This document shows positions 53,922 through 64,000 of a stretch of DNA of 64,000 nt, in pieces. The notes under the pieces were generated by a model. The model did no database searches. It saw only the letters and a program-made list of their open reading frames with translations, and was not told the origin of the DNA. The stretch's first letter is position 1. Each line of letters begins with the position of its first letter. A program made the translations under genes and the position numbers. The stretch comes from an uncultured delta proteobacterium (GTDB lineage: Bacteria > Myxococcota_A > Polyangia > Haliangiales > Haliangiaceae): NCBI GenBank assembly GCA_963848295.1, contig CAWKDB010000002.1, positions 992,001 through 1,056,000 of the forward strand, in the 5' to 3' direction.

Positions 53922-55103
53922 GTGAGCTTTCTGCGCCGCGTGTTCTCCGCCGACTACCGCGCTGCGGTCTCCGCCGAGGCCGCGGGCAACGTCGATCTCG
54001 CGGCCGAGCGGTACGCCCTCGCCGGCGAGGCCGAAGGTGCGGTCCGCATGCACCTCGCGCGTGCGGCGCGTGCGCCGAACCGCCAAGCCGAGCTCGGCGC
54101 GCTGCGCGACGCGTTGCGCTGGGCCGGCGACGAGCCGGAATTGCGTCGCCAGGCGTCGAAGGCGCTCGGCCGAGCGCTGTGGGACAACGCGAAGGCGGAA
54201 GGGATCGCGACCGAGCGCGATCGCGGCAAGGTGCGCGAGGCGGCCGCGCTGCTCGGCGTCGGTGAAGACCACCAGGCCGCGGGCGAAGCGCTCGAGGCAA
54301 TCGGCGATCACCAAGCGGCTGCGCAGGCCTACTCGGCCGGCGGATTTCTCGACCGAATGGAGCAAGCGCTCGCCCAGGAAGAGGCGCTCGGCGCGAAAGC
54401 GCGCGACGAAGCCGATGCGTTCGCGAGCTACGAGACGCACATGCGCATCGGGCGACGCGACGACGCCCGCAACGATCTCGCGCGCGCGATCGCAGCCGCG
54501 AGCGCGGCCGGCGATTATCGGCGATTGATCGATCAGCTCGAGACGTCGCTGTTGACCGCGGGCAAAGTCGAGCTGCGCCGGCGCAACCAACCGGTCGTCG
54601 TCGTGTGTGCAGCGACGAAGATCGTGCTCGGTCGCGATCCACTGTGCGACCTGTCGTTGCGCACGGGCGGCGTGTCGCGCCAGCACGCCGAGATCGACCG
54701 CGCCGGCACGTCGTTCTCGCTCCACGATCTCGATTCGCGCAACGGCACGACGATCGGTGGCCTGCCACTCGTCGGGCGCGTGCCGCTCGCCGGCACCGGC
54801 ACGTTCGGACTCGGCGACGAATGCGCGATCGGCTTCGAGCTCGCCGCCGGCGTGCTCGTGCTGCGCGTCGCCGGTGGACTCGATCGCGGGACCGCGCTGG
54901 TCGCATGCGACGAGGGCCAGCGCGTCGAGCTCGCGACCGTCGGGTTACCGCTCGACGTGATCTTTCAGCGCGGACGGCCACTGCTCGGTCGCGGCAGCTC
55001 GCATGCGGTGTCGTTCAACGGTGAGCCGCTCGGCGATATCCGCGTCCAGCTCGTGCGCGGCGATCGGATCGTCGCCGACGGCGAAGAGATCGACATCGGC
55101 TAG
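53922..55103 (+). CDS. TPR-like + FHA domain protein
   Basis: LGRDPLCDL, GVSRQHAEI, DLDSRNGT. Confidence 0.85.
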   Translation: MSFLRRVFSADYRAAVSAEAAGNVDLAAERYALAGEAEGAVRMHLARAARAPNRQAELGALRDALRWAGDEPELRRQASKALGRALWDNAKAEGIATERDRGKVREAAALLGVGEDHQAAGEALEAIGDHQAAAQAYSAGGFLDRMEQALAQEEALGAKARDEADAFASYETHMRIGRRDDARNDLARAIAAASAAGDYRRLIDQLETSLLTAGKVELRRRNQPVVVVCAATKIVLGRDPLCDLSLRTGGVSRQHAEIDRAGTSFSLHDLDSRNGTTIGGLPLVGRVPLAGTGTFGLGDECAIGFELAAGVLVLRVAGGLDRGTALVACDEGQRVELATVGLPLDVIFQRGRPLLGRGSSHAVSFNGEPLGDIRVQLVRGDRIVADGEEIDIG

Positions 55104-55107
55104 CGGC

Positions 55108-56034
55108 CTAGAGCGCCGGGCATTCGGCCGGCGTCACCCGCCAGCTGTAGACGTCGTTCAAGACCTCGACCATCGCGGTCACGCCGGGCGGCGGCGGGAC
55201 GCACCCCGGGGCGGTGCACGCCGCGCCGACGACGAGTGTGTCGCTATCATGCGCCAGCACGAACGCACCTCGGGCGGGATCGCCGAACGTGCGATGCGTG
55301 GCGAGCGCTGCGGTCACGTCGGGATCGGCGAGCCGGGCGATCACGTCATCCGCGGTCACGGTGTTGTCCGCGCCGCAGGCGCTGAGCGTGATCTCGCAGT
55401 GAGTCAGCTTGCCGGCGACGCGGCGATCGGCACGCACCGTGTAGGGCGCGACCAAGACGAGGTCGTCGTCGCGCCGGTGCGGGCCGACGCTCGCGTGAAA
55501 CGAGAATCCGCCGGGCAGCGTCGCGCAACCGTTCGCAGCGGCCACGCCGAAGCACGGAGCGACCGAGCCCTCGAGCACCGCGATGATCCGATCCGCGACC
55601 GCGGGGTCCCAACCGTCGAGCCCGATCGAGATCTCGATGTGGTTCGAGACGCGGCGTGCCAGGCGATGATCGCCACCGAGCTCGTACATCGCCTGCGTCT
55701 GCCACGGCTGGTCGGCGTCGGTCGTGTCGCCGACGTGCACGAACAGCGGCGCTACCTTGACGATCGGTGGATACGCCGATGCCGTGATCCGATCGTGGTC
55801 GGCCCTCGCCTCGATCTCGACGAGCGTGCGGCCGAGCAGCGGCTCGACCTGCGCGAGCAGCCCGCGCCCTCGATCGATCGCCGCCTTGCAGCCGACCGCC
55901 CACGGGCTCGGCGCGCGGGCTGCATCCGCGCTCGCATCGCGCGCGACCGGCGGGTGGTTCGAGGCCGCGACCGGCGCGGGGCTATCGCCATAACAGCTCG
56001 CGGTGGCGAGCACGATCAACGCGGCGCGACGCAT
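55108..56034 (-). CDS. Hypothetical lipoprotein
   Basis: MRRAALIVLATASC lipobox-like start; paired Cys. Confidence 0.6.
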   Translation of the reverse strand: MRRAALIVLATASCYGDSPAPVAASNHPPVARDASADAARAPSPWAVGCKAAIDRGRGLLAQVEPLLGRTLVEIEARADHDRITASAYPPIVKVAPLFVHVGDTTDADQPWQTQAMYELGGDHRLARRVSNHIEISIGLDGWDPAVADRIIAVLEGSVAPCFGVAAANGCATLPGGFSFHASVGPHRRDDDLVLVAPYTVRADRRVAGKLTHCEITLSACGADNTVTADDVIARLADPDVTAALATHRTFGDPARGAFVLAHDSDTLVVGAACTAPGCVPPPPGVTAMVEVLNDVYSWRVTPAECPAL

Positions 56035-56087
56035 GGGCGTCGAGCGTAGCGTGTCGATCCGCACCACGCCCGCACGAAGCGACGGGG

Positions 56088-56768
56088 TCACGCCGCGCGC
56101 ATCAGTCGCACGACCCGCATGCTCAGCCAGACGTACGCGGCGACCGTCCCGAGTCCGAACGCGGCGAGCCCGAACAGGCACGCGACCGCGATCCAGCCCG
56201 ACCCGAGCGCGGGCCAATTCAGGATGATCGCATAGGCGAGCGCGAACCCGACCAGCGCGAGCACGAGATCGCCAGCGCGCTTGCTCAGCGACTCGGCGTG
56301 CAGCTGCTCCGCGACAGCGCCGATCGCGAGCAGCACCAAGATCAACCCGACGAACCCGGCGACCATCGCGATGGTCGCGACCGTGGGTACGCGCGCGACG
56401 TGGGCAGCGAGCTCGGGCGGCAGCGTGCCTGCGCTCAGTCCGTGCACGGCGAGCTCGCGCACGCGCAGGCCTACCCATAGCTGGTAACACTCGGCCGCGA
56501 TCACGCTCGCGAAACACAGCGCCGCGAACGACGCCTGCTTGCGCGTCGGCTGCGGCACGGCGCCGCCGAACTTCAAGATCCCGGCGGCGCCGATGATCGT
56601 CGTCGCGATCTCGCCGAGCGCCACCGGGAGCCCGAACGCGAGCGAGATGTCGGTCAGCTCGCCGCGCAGGATCTGGACGAGCGCCACGATCACGACGACC
56701 GCACGCGCCGCCATCGCCCAACCGAACACGACGATGCCACTCGCCGCCCGGCTCCAGTCGTGCGCCAT
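56088..56768 (-). CDS. Multi-pass membrane protein
   Basis: About six hydrophobic segments. Confidence 0.65.
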   Translation of the reverse strand: MAHDWSRAASGIVVFGWAMAARAVVVIVALVQILRGELTDISLAFGLPVALGEIATTIIGAAGILKFGGAVPQPTRKQASFAALCFASVIAAECYQLWVGLRVRELAVHGLSAGTLPPELAAHVARVPTVATIAMVAGFVGLILVLLAIGAVAEQLHAESLSKRAGDLVLALVGFALAYAIILNWPALGSGWIAVACLFGLAAFGLGTVAAYVWLSMRVVRLMRAA

Positions 56769-56827
56769 CCGCGCGACTATAGCTTGCGACCGCGTCGTGC
56801 GCGCCGGGTCGAGTACACTGTGCCGCG

Positions 56828-58276
56828 ATGGCGTCCTGGTGGTCCCGCATATTCGGCTCGCCCGACGAGCCGCCGGGGACCTCCGCCCCGAAGACCGAGC
56901 CGCAGCTCTTGGGGAGCGAAGATGAAGTGTTTCTCGCGCAGCTCGTCACCGACCTCGGCGACGGTAAGCGCCGGGGCGACATCGCAAACCGCGACACGCT
57001 GGCCCGGCTCGACGGGCTGTGGACCGCCGGTCACGAGCGACTCGCGATCGAGTGGATGGAGAAGCTGCTCGGCGTACCGGAAGTCCCGGCGGAGGCGATG
57101 GCCCCGTTGCGGGCGGCGCTGGTCGAACGCTACGATCAACGCGGTGAGCTCGACGCCGCCGCGCTGCACCTCGAGAAGCTGACCGGCGACGACGCGCACG
57201 CGCTGCGTGCCCACTACTTGCTCGCCGAACGCGCGCGGCGGCGCGGCGATCACGAGCAAGCGTTACGCCACTACGAAGCGGTGCTCGGTCGCGACGTGGA
57301 CTATCCGAACGTGCGCGCGCGCGTCGATCGACTTCGCACGCTGTCCGGCCGCGGCGCGCCGGTCGCGGGCGAGACGATCGCGGCGGGTGACGTCGCCGGC
57401 GTCCAAGCCGGTGCGCGCTATCGACTCGTGCGCGAGCTCGGGCGCGGTGCGACCGGCGTCGTCTACCTCGCTCGCGACGCCGAGCTCGAACGCGATGTCG
57501 CGATCAAGCTGCTGCACGCGCACCTCGCGGGGAGCGAGCAGAAAGATGCGCTCGCGCGGTTCTTCCACGAGGCACGCGTGATGGCCTCGTTGCGCCACCC
57601 GAACGTGGTCGCGGTGCTCGATCTCGACGAACCGGCGCGCCGGATCGTGATGGAGCTCGCCGCCGGCGGCACGCTGCGCGACGTCTTGCGCGAACGCGGC
57701 CCGCGGTCGCTGCACCGCGCGATCGAGCGCCATGGCCAGATCCTCAACGCGCTCGCCGCCGCGCATCGCCGCGGCATCGTCCACTGCGACGTCAAGCCGG
57801 GCAATCTCATGTTCCGTCGCGATGCCGACGCCTCCGGCGTCGAGGTCATGCTCGGTGATTTCGGCGTCGCTCACCTGCCCGATGCCAACGGCGCGGTCGC
57901 GTCGCTCGCACGCCGCGCAGAAGCGGTCGGCACCCTCGCCTACATGGCGCCGGAGCAACGCAAAGGCGAGATCGTGGCCGCGTCCGACGTGTTCGCAGCC
58001 GCGGTCGTGCTCTACGAGATGATCGTCGGCCACACGCCGTGGTCGCGCGAGGTCGTGATGACCGGCACGCGGCACACGCAAGACTTCGCGCTGCCGCCCG
58101 AGGTCTTCGCCGCGACACCGAAGCTCGCTGCCGAGATCCAGCACCACCTCGCGCAGCTCGGCGATCCCGATCCCGCGCGCCGTCCGACCTCGGCCCAGGC
58201 ACTCGCCGACGCGCAGCGGCTGCGCGAGCGGATCATCGCCGCGGAGGCGCGCTTGGTCGTGCTCAGTCGTCCTTGA
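56828..58276 (+). CDS. Ser/Thr protein kinase with N-terminal TPR-like region
   Basis: LGRGATG, VAIK, HCDVKPGN, DFG, GTLAYMAPE. Confidence 0.93.
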   Translation: MASWWSRIFGSPDEPPGTSAPKTEPQLLGSEDEVFLAQLVTDLGDGKRRGDIANRDTLARLDGLWTAGHERLAIEWMEKLLGVPEVPAEAMAPLRAALVERYDQRGELDAAALHLEKLTGDDAHALRAHYLLAERARRRGDHEQALRHYEAVLGRDVDYPNVRARVDRLRTLSGRGAPVAGETIAAGDVAGVQAGARYRLVRELGRGATGVVYLARDAELERDVAIKLLHAHLAGSEQKDALARFFHEARVMASLRHPNVVAVLDLDEPARRIVMELAAGGTLRDVLRERGPRSLHRAIERHGQILNALAAAHRRGIVHCDVKPGNLMFRRDADASGVEVMLGDFGVAHLPDANGAVASLARRAEAVGTLAYMAPEQRKGEIVAASDVFAAAVVLYEMIVGHTPWSREVVMTGTRHTQDFALPPEVFAATPKLAAEIQHHLAQLGDPDPARRPTSAQALADAQRLRERIIAAEARLVVLSRP

Positions 58277-60014
58277 CCGGCGTCGCTTTGAGCGCGGCCT
58301 TGCCGTCCTTGACGTAGACCGTGAACCGCACTTCCTTGCAGCCGGTGCGGGTCATCAGGTCGTCGCGGTTCTTGATCAGCTTCTCGGAGAACTTTGCGTA
58401 GGTGAGGTTCGTGATCGGTTCGGCGCAGCTCTTCTTGACCGACACGAACTGATCGAACACCTGCTTGAAGTACGGATCGACCGGACCGCTCGCGTCCGCA
58501 GGTGGCGCGAGCAGCGTCGGCGCAGGCGGAGCCGCGGCCGCGATGCCACCGAGGATGTCGTCCTCGAGCCGGACCGGCGCACGCGGCGGCGGAGCGCTCG
58601 GCGGCGCGGCGCTCTGCGGCGGCTGCAGCGGCGGCGGCATGGGGGCGGAGCGCACGGGAGCGGGCGTCGGAGCGCGCGGCGGTGGCGTAGGGGCGCGCGG
58701 CGGCGGTGCCGGCGCCGGTGCGTCGCCGAACCGAAATTCCGACGGCGGTGGCGCAGCGCTCGAGGTCGCCGGGCCACCCGGTCGTGCGGCGGGCAGCGCG
58801 GTCGCGAGCAGATCGATCGTGCCGAGGCTGCCTTCGGGCGCCGGGCCGAGCAGTTGGTCGAGGTTCGTGCGCGCCGCTTTCGCGTCGCGCCCGAGCTTGT
58901 CGATGTGGATGTTCACCGAGCGCGCGATCGAACCGAACTTGCCGCCGTGCGCATCTTCGCCGAGTCGCTCCTGATCGCCCTTCGCGAGCTTGAGCGCATC
59001 GTTGGTCAATCGACGCAGCGGTCGGTCGGCTTCGATGAACATCAGCCCGATTCCGACCGCGAGGCAAAGCACGAAGCCGCCCGCGACCAGGATCCACGGA
59101 AAGTTCGCCGGCTTCAGATCGTCGCTCGTCACCGCGTGCAGCGTGCCCATGAAGCCGCGCGCTTTGGGCCGGGTCAGGAGGACCGCGAAGTACGCCTCCC
59201 GCGCTCTCGCCTCGCCGGGCAGGCGTGCGACGACCGCGGTCATCTCGTCGTTACCGGCCCGCACGTCGAACGGTTGGTTCGCCTCGCAATCCTTGCGCAG
59301 CGATCCGCCGGTCAGGCCTTTCACCGCCGCCGCCATCGCGGCGTTGTCATTGTTGAGCGTGCGCGAGCCAGCGACATCGTCGGCGCCCAGGTAGAAGCGC
59401 AGGTCGACCGAGAGACCGTCGACGAGCTTCGCTGCGAAGTCGTTCGTGACCTTGTTGCCGAGCACGACCGCGCCGACATATGCGACGGGAGGATCGCGCT
59501 TGATCACCGGCGATGCCGACACGAAGTACATCGTCCCGCCCTGTGCCCAGATGTCGTCGCGCAGGTAGCCGGCGAGCGCGTCGTCGACCAACGGTCGGCC
59601 CAATGCGACGTCGCGCGCGTCGGCTTCGTCGAGCCCGACCCGAGTGACGATCCGGCCGCTGCGATCGACGAGGATCGCGAAATCCGGCTTGCGATTGCCG
59701 TTCACGCCCTTGAGGATCTCGACCGCCTTGCCGCGCAGCGCGAGCGCGCGTGCGTCGTCGATCTTGTCGGCACTCGAGGCTTGTTCGAGCGCGCTGACGA
59801 TGTCGGGTGCACGGCTGAACGCGCCGGCGAGCTCGACGCGGACGTGCGCATCGGCTTCGAGCTGGATGTCGATGACGCTGCACGCGATCGACAGCCGATC
59901 GTGCTCGCCTTGGACGAGCGCGCGCTGTGCCGGACGCGGCATGATCAACGCGATGGTCAGCGCGATGCCGGCCGCGAGCGCGACCACGAACATCCAGATC
60001 TTCGACAGGAACAC
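58263..60014 (-). CDS. MXAN_5187-like membrane protein (Cache-like sensor, HAMP-like, Pro-rich linker, conserved C-terminal domain)
   Basis: Two TMs flanking a periplasmic domain; C-terminus FVSVKKSCAEP..LTYAKF..VRFTVYVKDGKAALKATPVK; family assignment from recall. Confidence 0.78.
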   Translation of the reverse strand: MFLSKIWMFVVALAAGIALTIALIMPRPAQRALVQGEHDRLSIACSVIDIQLEADAHVRVELAGAFSRAPDIVSALEQASSADKIDDARALALRGKAVEILKGVNGNRKPDFAILVDRSGRIVTRVGLDEADARDVALGRPLVDDALAGYLRDDIWAQGGTMYFVSASPVIKRDPPVAYVGAVVLGNKVTNDFAAKLVDGLSVDLRFYLGADDVAGSRTLNNDNAAMAAAVKGLTGGSLRKDCEANQPFDVRAGNDEMTAVVARLPGEARAREAYFAVLLTRPKARGFMGTLHAVTSDDLKPANFPWILVAGGFVLCLAVGIGLMFIEADRPLRRLTNDALKLAKGDQERLGEDAHGGKFGSIARSVNIHIDKLGRDAKAARTNLDQLLGPAPEGSLGTIDLLATALPAARPGGPATSSAAPPPSEFRFGDAPAPAPPPRAPTPPPRAPTPAPVRSAPMPPPLQPPQSAAPPSAPPPRAPVRLEDDILGGIAAAAPPAPTLLAPPADASGPVDPYFKQVFDQFVSVKKSCAEPITNLTYAKFSEKLIKNRDDLMTRTGCKEVRFTVYVKDGKAALKATPVKDD

Positions 60015-60021
60015 CGCCGCC

Positions 60022-60726
60022 TCACTTCTTCGCCGGCGCAGGCGCGAACGCGCCGGGCGGGACCTTCGGGTTGATGTCCGTCTTGCCCTTCGCGGCCACG
60101 TTCACGGTTTGATCCACATCGAGCCAATGATCCTTGTAGAAGATCTTGACGTGATAGCTGCCCTCGGGGACGTCCGGGATCTCGAACTTGCCGGCTTCGT
60201 CGGGATAACCGATGAACGCGGTGTTCACGACGACGACGGTGCCGTGGAGAAACGGCGCCTCGGGGTCGCCGATCTCGAGCACCTTACCGACGTCGGGCGC
60301 GCGAAACGTCTTCGGACCACCGGGATTGATCACGCCGTCGAGCAGCTTCGTGTCCTTGCCGTGGTCGAACGCGTGCAGTCTGCGATCGGAGTGCGAGCCG
60401 TTTTCGATCACGATCTCGGAACCGGCCGGCGCGGCGATCACGGGCCTACCGAACGATTCGCCGACCAGGTTCCACGTGATCCGCGGCGGCGTCGCGGGTT
60501 TCTCGTCGCCTTCGAGCACGACGACCAGCAGCGGCATCACGTTGTACGGCCGCAAGCCGGCGAGCGGGTTCGCGACCGGCTCGAGAAAACCGCGCGTCAG
60601 GACCGGGCGCTCCGGCGGCGGCGGCAGATCGAGCTTGCCGTTGACCATGCCCGCCCGCACGGGTCCCGCAGCGCTGACCGAGACCCACCCGAGCGCGAGA
60701 GCTACCGCAGACGTTCGAACCCGCAT
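60022..60726 (-). CDS. Secreted protein with cupredoxin-like / carboxypeptidase-regulatory-like domains
   Basis: Signal peptide; GSEIVIEN..H, GKFEIPDVPEGSYHVKI. Confidence 0.7.
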   Translation of the reverse strand: MRVRTSAVALALGWVSVSAAGPVRAGMVNGKLDLPPPPERPVLTRGFLEPVANPLAGLRPYNVMPLLVVVLEGDEKPATPPRITWNLVGESFGRPVIAAPAGSEIVIENGSHSDRRLHAFDHGKDTKLLDGVINPGGPKTFRAPDVGKVLEIGDPEAPFLHGTVVVVNTAFIGYPDEAGKFEIPDVPEGSYHVKIFYKDHWLDVDQTVNVAAKGKTDINPKVPPGAFAPAPAKK

Positions 60727-60848
60727 CCTTTGCGATCGTAGGCCTGGGGTGCGCGCGACGGCAAGCCGCGGTGGCAGCTACGTCGCCGGAATTGTTCGCC
60801 CCCTGCCCGGGTGACAACCGCAGCGCGCCCTGGCCGATAGCCAGCGCC

Positions 60849-63167
60849 ATGCGGATCCGTGTGCCACCGCCGCTCGCTTGCGCGTTTGCCCTTGCCGCGG
60901 CCATCGCGGTGCGATGGTTGCTCGCTCCGCCGGGACCGCCGCCCCCGCCGGCGGGCGCGATCGCCGACGACCGGATCGACGATCGCGTCGAGGGTACGGT
61001 TGGCGCGCCGGTCGTGCGCACGCCGAACGGTTGGGGCGCGGCGCTCGATACCGGCGACGCGCGGGTCTGGATCTGGACCGACCGCGTGATCGCGCCGGGC
61101 GAGCGCCTCGTGGTGACCGGTCGCCTCCGGACGCCACGTGGCTTGCTCGATCCCGGCGCACCGGACCGCGCGGCGCTCGCCGCGAGCCGCGGCGCCGATT
61201 GGGAGCTGACCGCGGCGACGATCGATCGCCTCCGCGACGATGCCGGGCCGTCGGCCTACGCGTGGCGCGCCGCGGCGGCCTTGCAGGCGCGCTGGTCGCG
61301 CGCGATCGACGCTGCGGGCGGTGATCCGGTGGCCCGCGCGGCGTTGCGCGGCATCGCGCTCGGCGATCGCGGCGATGTCCCCGATGACCTCGATCGGCGG
61401 TGGCGCGCGGATGGCATCTTTCACGTGCTCTCGGTCTCGGGCCTACATCTCGCGGTCGTCGCAGGTCTCGCGTTCTCGCTGCTCCGCCGGATCGCGGCAG
61501 CGTCGCCGTGGGGCGGAAGGATCCGGCCGGCGGTGTGGGCGGCACCGCCTGCGCTGTTGCTCGCGATCGCGTACACGATGGTCACCGGTGCGCAGCTCGC
61601 GACGCTGCGCTGCCTCGCGGTCGTCGCGGTGATGCTCGTCGGCGCGATGCTCGATCGCCCGGTCAAGCTCGGCGATGCGCTCGGCGTCGCGGCGATCGCG
61701 GTGCTCGCGTGGCGGCCGGCCGATCTGCTCGACCCGTCGTTCCAGCTGTCGTTCGTCGCCGCGCTCGTGCTCGCGCTCGCACCCGGCGAGCGACGGGCGC
61801 TCGCGCCGTCGTCGCGGGTCGGCAAGATCGGCGCGTGGCTCGCCCGCGGCGCGATGACCTCGGCGTGGCTCGCGCTCGCGACCGCGCCGATCACCGCGTA
61901 CCACTTTCATCAGGTCGCCGCGGGCGGCGTGATCGGCAACCTCGTGCTGACGCCGCTCGTCGAGCTCGCCGCGTTGCCGCTCGCGCTCGCCGGACTCGTC
62001 CTCGGCGAGCTCGTCCCGGCGCTCGGCGGCGCGGTCGTTCACGCCGCGGTCTGGCTGGTCGCGCTCGTCGATCGCGGCGCGGCGCTGCTCGCGACCGCGG
62101 TCCCGGTCGGAGCCGTGTCGGTCGCGACCACGGCGGCGCTGGTCGTGCTCGTCGCGCTGTCGATCGCGCTCGCGGTTCGGCGCGCGGCGTCGTCGCCCGC
62201 TGGCGGGGGCCTGCGCCGCGGTTGGATCCACGCGGCGTTGTGGCTCGCGCTGTGTATCGCGTGGGCGTACGCGCGCACACCACCGCCGGCAGGCGCGTTG
62301 CGCGTGACGTTCTTCGACGTCGGCCAAGGCGACGCCGCGCTCGTCGAGCTCCCCGATGGCGCGACCTGGCTGGTCGACGCCGGTGGCAACACGAGCGCGC
62401 GCGAGCTCGGGCCGGCCTCGGCGACCGGCAAGGTGATCGCGGGCGCGCTCGGCGTCTACGATCACAGCGCGATCGATCTCGCGATCGTCTCGCACCCGCA
62501 TCCCGATCACTACCTCGGCTTCGCCGCGCTCGCCGGCCAGGTGCCAATTCGCGAGCTGTGGACCGCCGCCGATCCGGAAGGAGCACCGCCACCGCCGAAG
62601 CTCCGCGACAGCGCGATGCCGACGTTCGCCGCGATCACGGCGCAGCTCGTGGCCGCCGGCACCGTCGTCGCTCATCCGGCGCTCGGCGTCGCGCGCAGCG
62701 AAGCCGGAGTCACGCTCGAAGTCTGGGGACCGCGGTTCGCCGCGAGCGACGACCCGGCGATCTCGCCGATCGAGGCAGTCGATCCGGTGCGCTCGGTCAA
62801 CGACAACTCGCTCGTCGTCGTCGTGCGCTACCGCGGCCGCGCGCTCCTGTTCGCCGGGGACCTCGAAGCCGAAGGCGAGGCCGCGCTCGTCGCCGCCGGC
62901 CTCGGCCATGTCGACGTCGTGAAAGTGCCACACCATGGCAGCCCGACGTCGTCGTCGCCAGGCCTCGTCGCCGCGACCAAGCCTACACTCGCCGTGATCT
63001 CGTGCGGCGTCGCGAACCAGTTCCACTTCCCGTCGCAGGCCGTGGTCGAGCGCTGGCGCTCGGCGGGGGCCCGGGTCGAGCGCACCGACATCGCCGGCGC
63101 GATCACGGTGACGGTCGGCGACGACGGCGCGCTCGCGATCGAGCGTTTCGCCGGGGCGGCGCCGTGA
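60849..63167 (+). CDS. comEC: DNA internalization competence protein ComEC/Rec2
   Basis: HVLSVSGLH, PSFQLSF, FFDVGQGDA, SHPHPDH, NDNSLV, KVPHHGS. Confidence 0.95.
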   Translation: MRIRVPPPLACAFALAAAIAVRWLLAPPGPPPPPAGAIADDRIDDRVEGTVGAPVVRTPNGWGAALDTGDARVWIWTDRVIAPGERLVVTGRLRTPRGLLDPGAPDRAALAASRGADWELTAATIDRLRDDAGPSAYAWRAAAALQARWSRAIDAAGGDPVARAALRGIALGDRGDVPDDLDRRWRADGIFHVLSVSGLHLAVVAGLAFSLLRRIAAASPWGGRIRPAVWAAPPALLLAIAYTMVTGAQLATLRCLAVVAVMLVGAMLDRPVKLGDALGVAAIAVLAWRPADLLDPSFQLSFVAALVLALAPGERRALAPSSRVGKIGAWLARGAMTSAWLALATAPITAYHFHQVAAGGVIGNLVLTPLVELAALPLALAGLVLGELVPALGGAVVHAAVWLVALVDRGAALLATAVPVGAVSVATTAALVVLVALSIALAVRRAASSPAGGGLRRGWIHAALWLALCIAWAYARTPPPAGALRVTFFDVGQGDAALVELPDGATWLVDAGGNTSARELGPASATGKVIAGALGVYDHSAIDLAIVSHPHPDHYLGFAALAGQVPIRELWTAADPEGAPPPPKLRDSAMPTFAAITAQLVAAGTVVAHPALGVARSEAGVTLEVWGPRFAASDDPAISPIEAVDPVRSVNDNSLVVVVRYRGRALLFAGDLEAEGEAALVAAGLGHVDVVKVPHHGSPTSSSPGLVAATKPTLAVISCGVANQFHFPSQAVVERWRSAGARVERTDIAGAITVTVGDDGALAIERFAGAAP

Positions 63168-63198
63168 CACCGAGGGGCGCATGCGTTCTAATGCATCC

Positions 63199-64000
63199 GT
63201 GGCTCTCGCCGCGCGCGATCAAGAAGTGTTCGAGCAAGCGGTGACGCGCGGCAGCGATCTGCTCAAGCACGGCAAGATCGACGACGCGCAGGGTGCGTTT
63301 CTCGCGGCGCTCGCGATCGATCGCGATAGCGCGCGCGTCCTCGCGCTGCTCGGGTTGACGTACTTTCGCGGGAACAACTTCGCTCAGGCCCGCCCGATCT
63401 ACGAGGACCTGGTCGAACGATCGCCGACCGATGCCTCGCATCGGCTCAACCTCGGCCTCGTGTATCTGAAGCTCGGCGACTCCGAGCGCGCGATTCATGC
63501 GCTCGAGGCGAGCCGCGCTCTCGACCCGAGCCAAGGTCGCGCGATCAGCTACCTCGGGCTCGCGTACGCGCGCGCCGGCCGCTACGCCGAGGCGTATCGC
63601 TCGTTCTTGATCGCGGGCCAGCACGATCTGGCGTTCGAGATCGAGGTCAACCTGACCGACGCCGAGCGAAACGGCATCCAATCGCAGCTCCGCCCGGTGC
63701 CCGGACGAACCCCGACGCCGGCTGCGCCCACGGTCGCGCGCACCTCCACGCCCACCGCGCCCGCGGTCGCGCGCACCTCCACGCCCACCGCGCCCGCGGT
63801 CGCGCGCACCTCCACGCCTCCCCCGCCGCCGGCCGCGCGCACTCGCACGTCGGACCCGACGCCGCATCCTTTCCCCGCGCGGACACCGACGCCGACCGGC
63901 ACGGGCATCCCGCTGCGCATGCCGCGCAACACGCCGCCGCCGATGGCCGCGGTCCAGCCTCCAGATGACCTGGACGATGGATCTCGCGGGCAAGTCGAGC
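63199..64000 (+). CDS. TPR protein with Pro/Thr-rich linker, runs off the window end
   Basis: Manual translation: VLALLGLTYFR, HRLNLGLVYLKLG, AISYLGLAYARAG; no stop before 64000; start 63181 or 63199. Confidence 0.8.
   Translation, partial: MALAARDQEVFEQAVTRGSDLLKHGKIDDAQGAFLAALAIDRDSARVLALLGLTYFRGNNFAQARPIYEDLVERSPTDASHRLNLGLVYLKLGDSERAIHALEASRALDPSQGRAISYLGLAYARAGRYAEAYRSFLIAGQHDLAFEIEVNLTDAERNGIQSQLRPVPGRTPTPAAPTVARTSTPTAPAVARTSTPTAPAVARTSTPPPPPAARTRTSDPTPHPFPARTPTPTGTGIPLRMPRNTPPPMAAVQPPDDLDDGSRGQVE
63724..63818 (+). repeat. 33-bp coding tandem repeat, about 3 copies (APAVARTSTPT)
   Basis: GCGCCC(A/G)CGGTCGCGCGCACCTCCACGCCCACC units starting at 63724, 63757 and 63790. Confidence 0.9.

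Noticed and set aside
60773..60788. TGGCAG-N5-TCGCC possible sigma54 site upstream of comEC
   Set aside because: Weak -12 match; likely chance in GC-rich DNA

Overview
This is a high-GC, gene-dense bacterial chromosomal segment. Its gene content points to Myxococcota (inferred): many sigma54 activators, an FHA-EBP, Ser/Thr kinases, PEGA/TPR proteins and an MXAN_5187-type protein. The main feature is a ~21 kb potassium-uptake island (11.5-32.1 kb) holding two beta-barrel porins, a 27-aa membrane peptide, kdpFABC, two KimA/YdaO-like permeases, kup, a stand-alone KdpD N-terminal/USP protein, and two two-component systems. Its regulation looks rewired. The porin-kdpFABC operon has a sigma54 (-24/-12) promoter and ends at a kinase facing an NtrC-type activator, while KdpE-box-like direct repeats sit in front of the second permease and the kdpD'-kdpE genes. 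Other content includes an ECF sigma factor coupled to a 1700-aa FecR-VIT-VWA-TPR protein, a Ski2-like helicase, glpD, panC, CIRCE-groESL, back-to-back sigma54 promoters, kinase/FHA/TPR genes and comEC. Many genes appear leaderless. Clustered single-base indels in kdpA/B, one porin, the helicase and groES/EL look like sequencing errors. No rRNA, tRNA, transposase or convincing CRISPR array was seen.
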